64,000 nt of DNA from an uncultured virus (IMG/VR IMGVR_UViG_3300027707_000912) (taxonomy: Duplodnaviria > Heunggongvirae > Uroviricota > Caudoviricetes), in the IMG/VR virus record IMGVR_UViG_3300027707_000912. One strand, written 5' to 3'. The notes under the pieces were generated by a model. That model ran no database searches, was not told the DNA's origin, and was given only the letters and a program-made list of their open reading frames with translations. Positions 63,648 to 64,000 of the stretch are shown piece after piece. Position numbers and translations under genes: made by a program. Position 1 is the first letter of the stretch. Each line of letters begins with the position of its first letter.

Positions 63648-64000
63648 TTGATTTTGTCCATGTAATTATTTCCCATCGACCATCCCAGTGTTCAACCAAG
63701 GCAGTACACGACTCAACCCAGTCACCATCATTCATGTATGTGACACCGTTGATTTCTTTTATCTCTGCGTGGTGTATGTGTCCACATATGACTCCATCAA
63801 AGCCACGCTTCTTACAATAGTTAGCCAAGTTTTCTTCAAACTTGAATATAAAGTCTACTGCTTTTTTGACCTTGTGCTTAAGAAACTGGCTAAGGCTAAA
63901 GTACCCAAAACCCATACGGCGACGAATCCAATTAAATTTATTGTTGAGTGTAAGAATAATGTCATATGCTTTGTCTCCTAAGAATGCTATCCAGGGTGCC
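63619..64000 (-). CDS. LpxH/PlcP-like metallophosphoesterase (partial, starts outside window)
   Basis: frame open to window end (..LGDKAYD..); GVICGHIH, YMNDGDWVESCTALVE. Confidence 0.85.
   Translation of the reverse strand, partial: APWIAFLGDKAYDIILTLNNKFNWIRRRMGFGYFSLSQFLKHKVKKAVDFIFKFEENLANYCKKRGFDGVICGHIHHAEIKEINGVTYMNDGDWVESCTALVEHWDGRWEIITWTKSNDKDNTDNN

Noticed and set aside
1..64000. Alternative genetic code (stop-codon reassignment)
   Set aside because: Conserved genes are full length in the standard code, and TAA, TAG and TGA all act as stops.
1..64000. tRNA, rRNA, integrase or transposase genes
   Set aside because: None recognised by eye and intergenic gaps are short; tRNAscan-SE would be needed to exclude tRNAs formally.

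Overview
This is a 64-kb segment of a large lytic tailed dsDNA phage. It is T4-like in regulation: near-consensus sigma70 early promoters plus a TAAATA late-promoter motif on both strands, standard genetic code and very dense coding. Host-type genes (dnaK, iscU, iscA, desaturase) look proteobacterial, plausibly a freshwater betaproteobacterial host (inference). Layout: 1-12 kb small early genes, including a macro domain and an array of paralogous F-x-L-x-W mini-proteins; 12-34 kb late/virion-associated genes interleaved with ADP-heptose enzymes and 5-aminolevulinate synthase; 34-44 kb exonuclease, tail fibre-like protein, nrdA-iscU-iscA-aldolase-nrdB-glutaredoxin and PAAR; 44-57 kb Hc1, GT8, cell-wall hydrolase, bS21, dnaK-hsp20-clpS-heme oxygenase-bilin reductase; 57-64 kb a minus-strand membrane/lipid block (desaturase, GT4, PlcP-like). 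Main hunt results: (1) about 13 unrelated proteins share a T4 capsid-targeting-like leader, and several look like Glu-delimited polyproteins; (2) two in-frame A_AAA_AAG sites open start-less -1 frames; (3) ROSE-like RNA thermometers precede both dnaK and hsp20; (4) many genes look leaderless in a phage encoding bS21; (5) heme/bilin, heptose and lipid-remodelling modules. No tRNA, rRNA or CRISPR array was recognised. Product calls come from motif recognition by eye, not database searches. Several start codons were moved from the ORF track to the likely real start.
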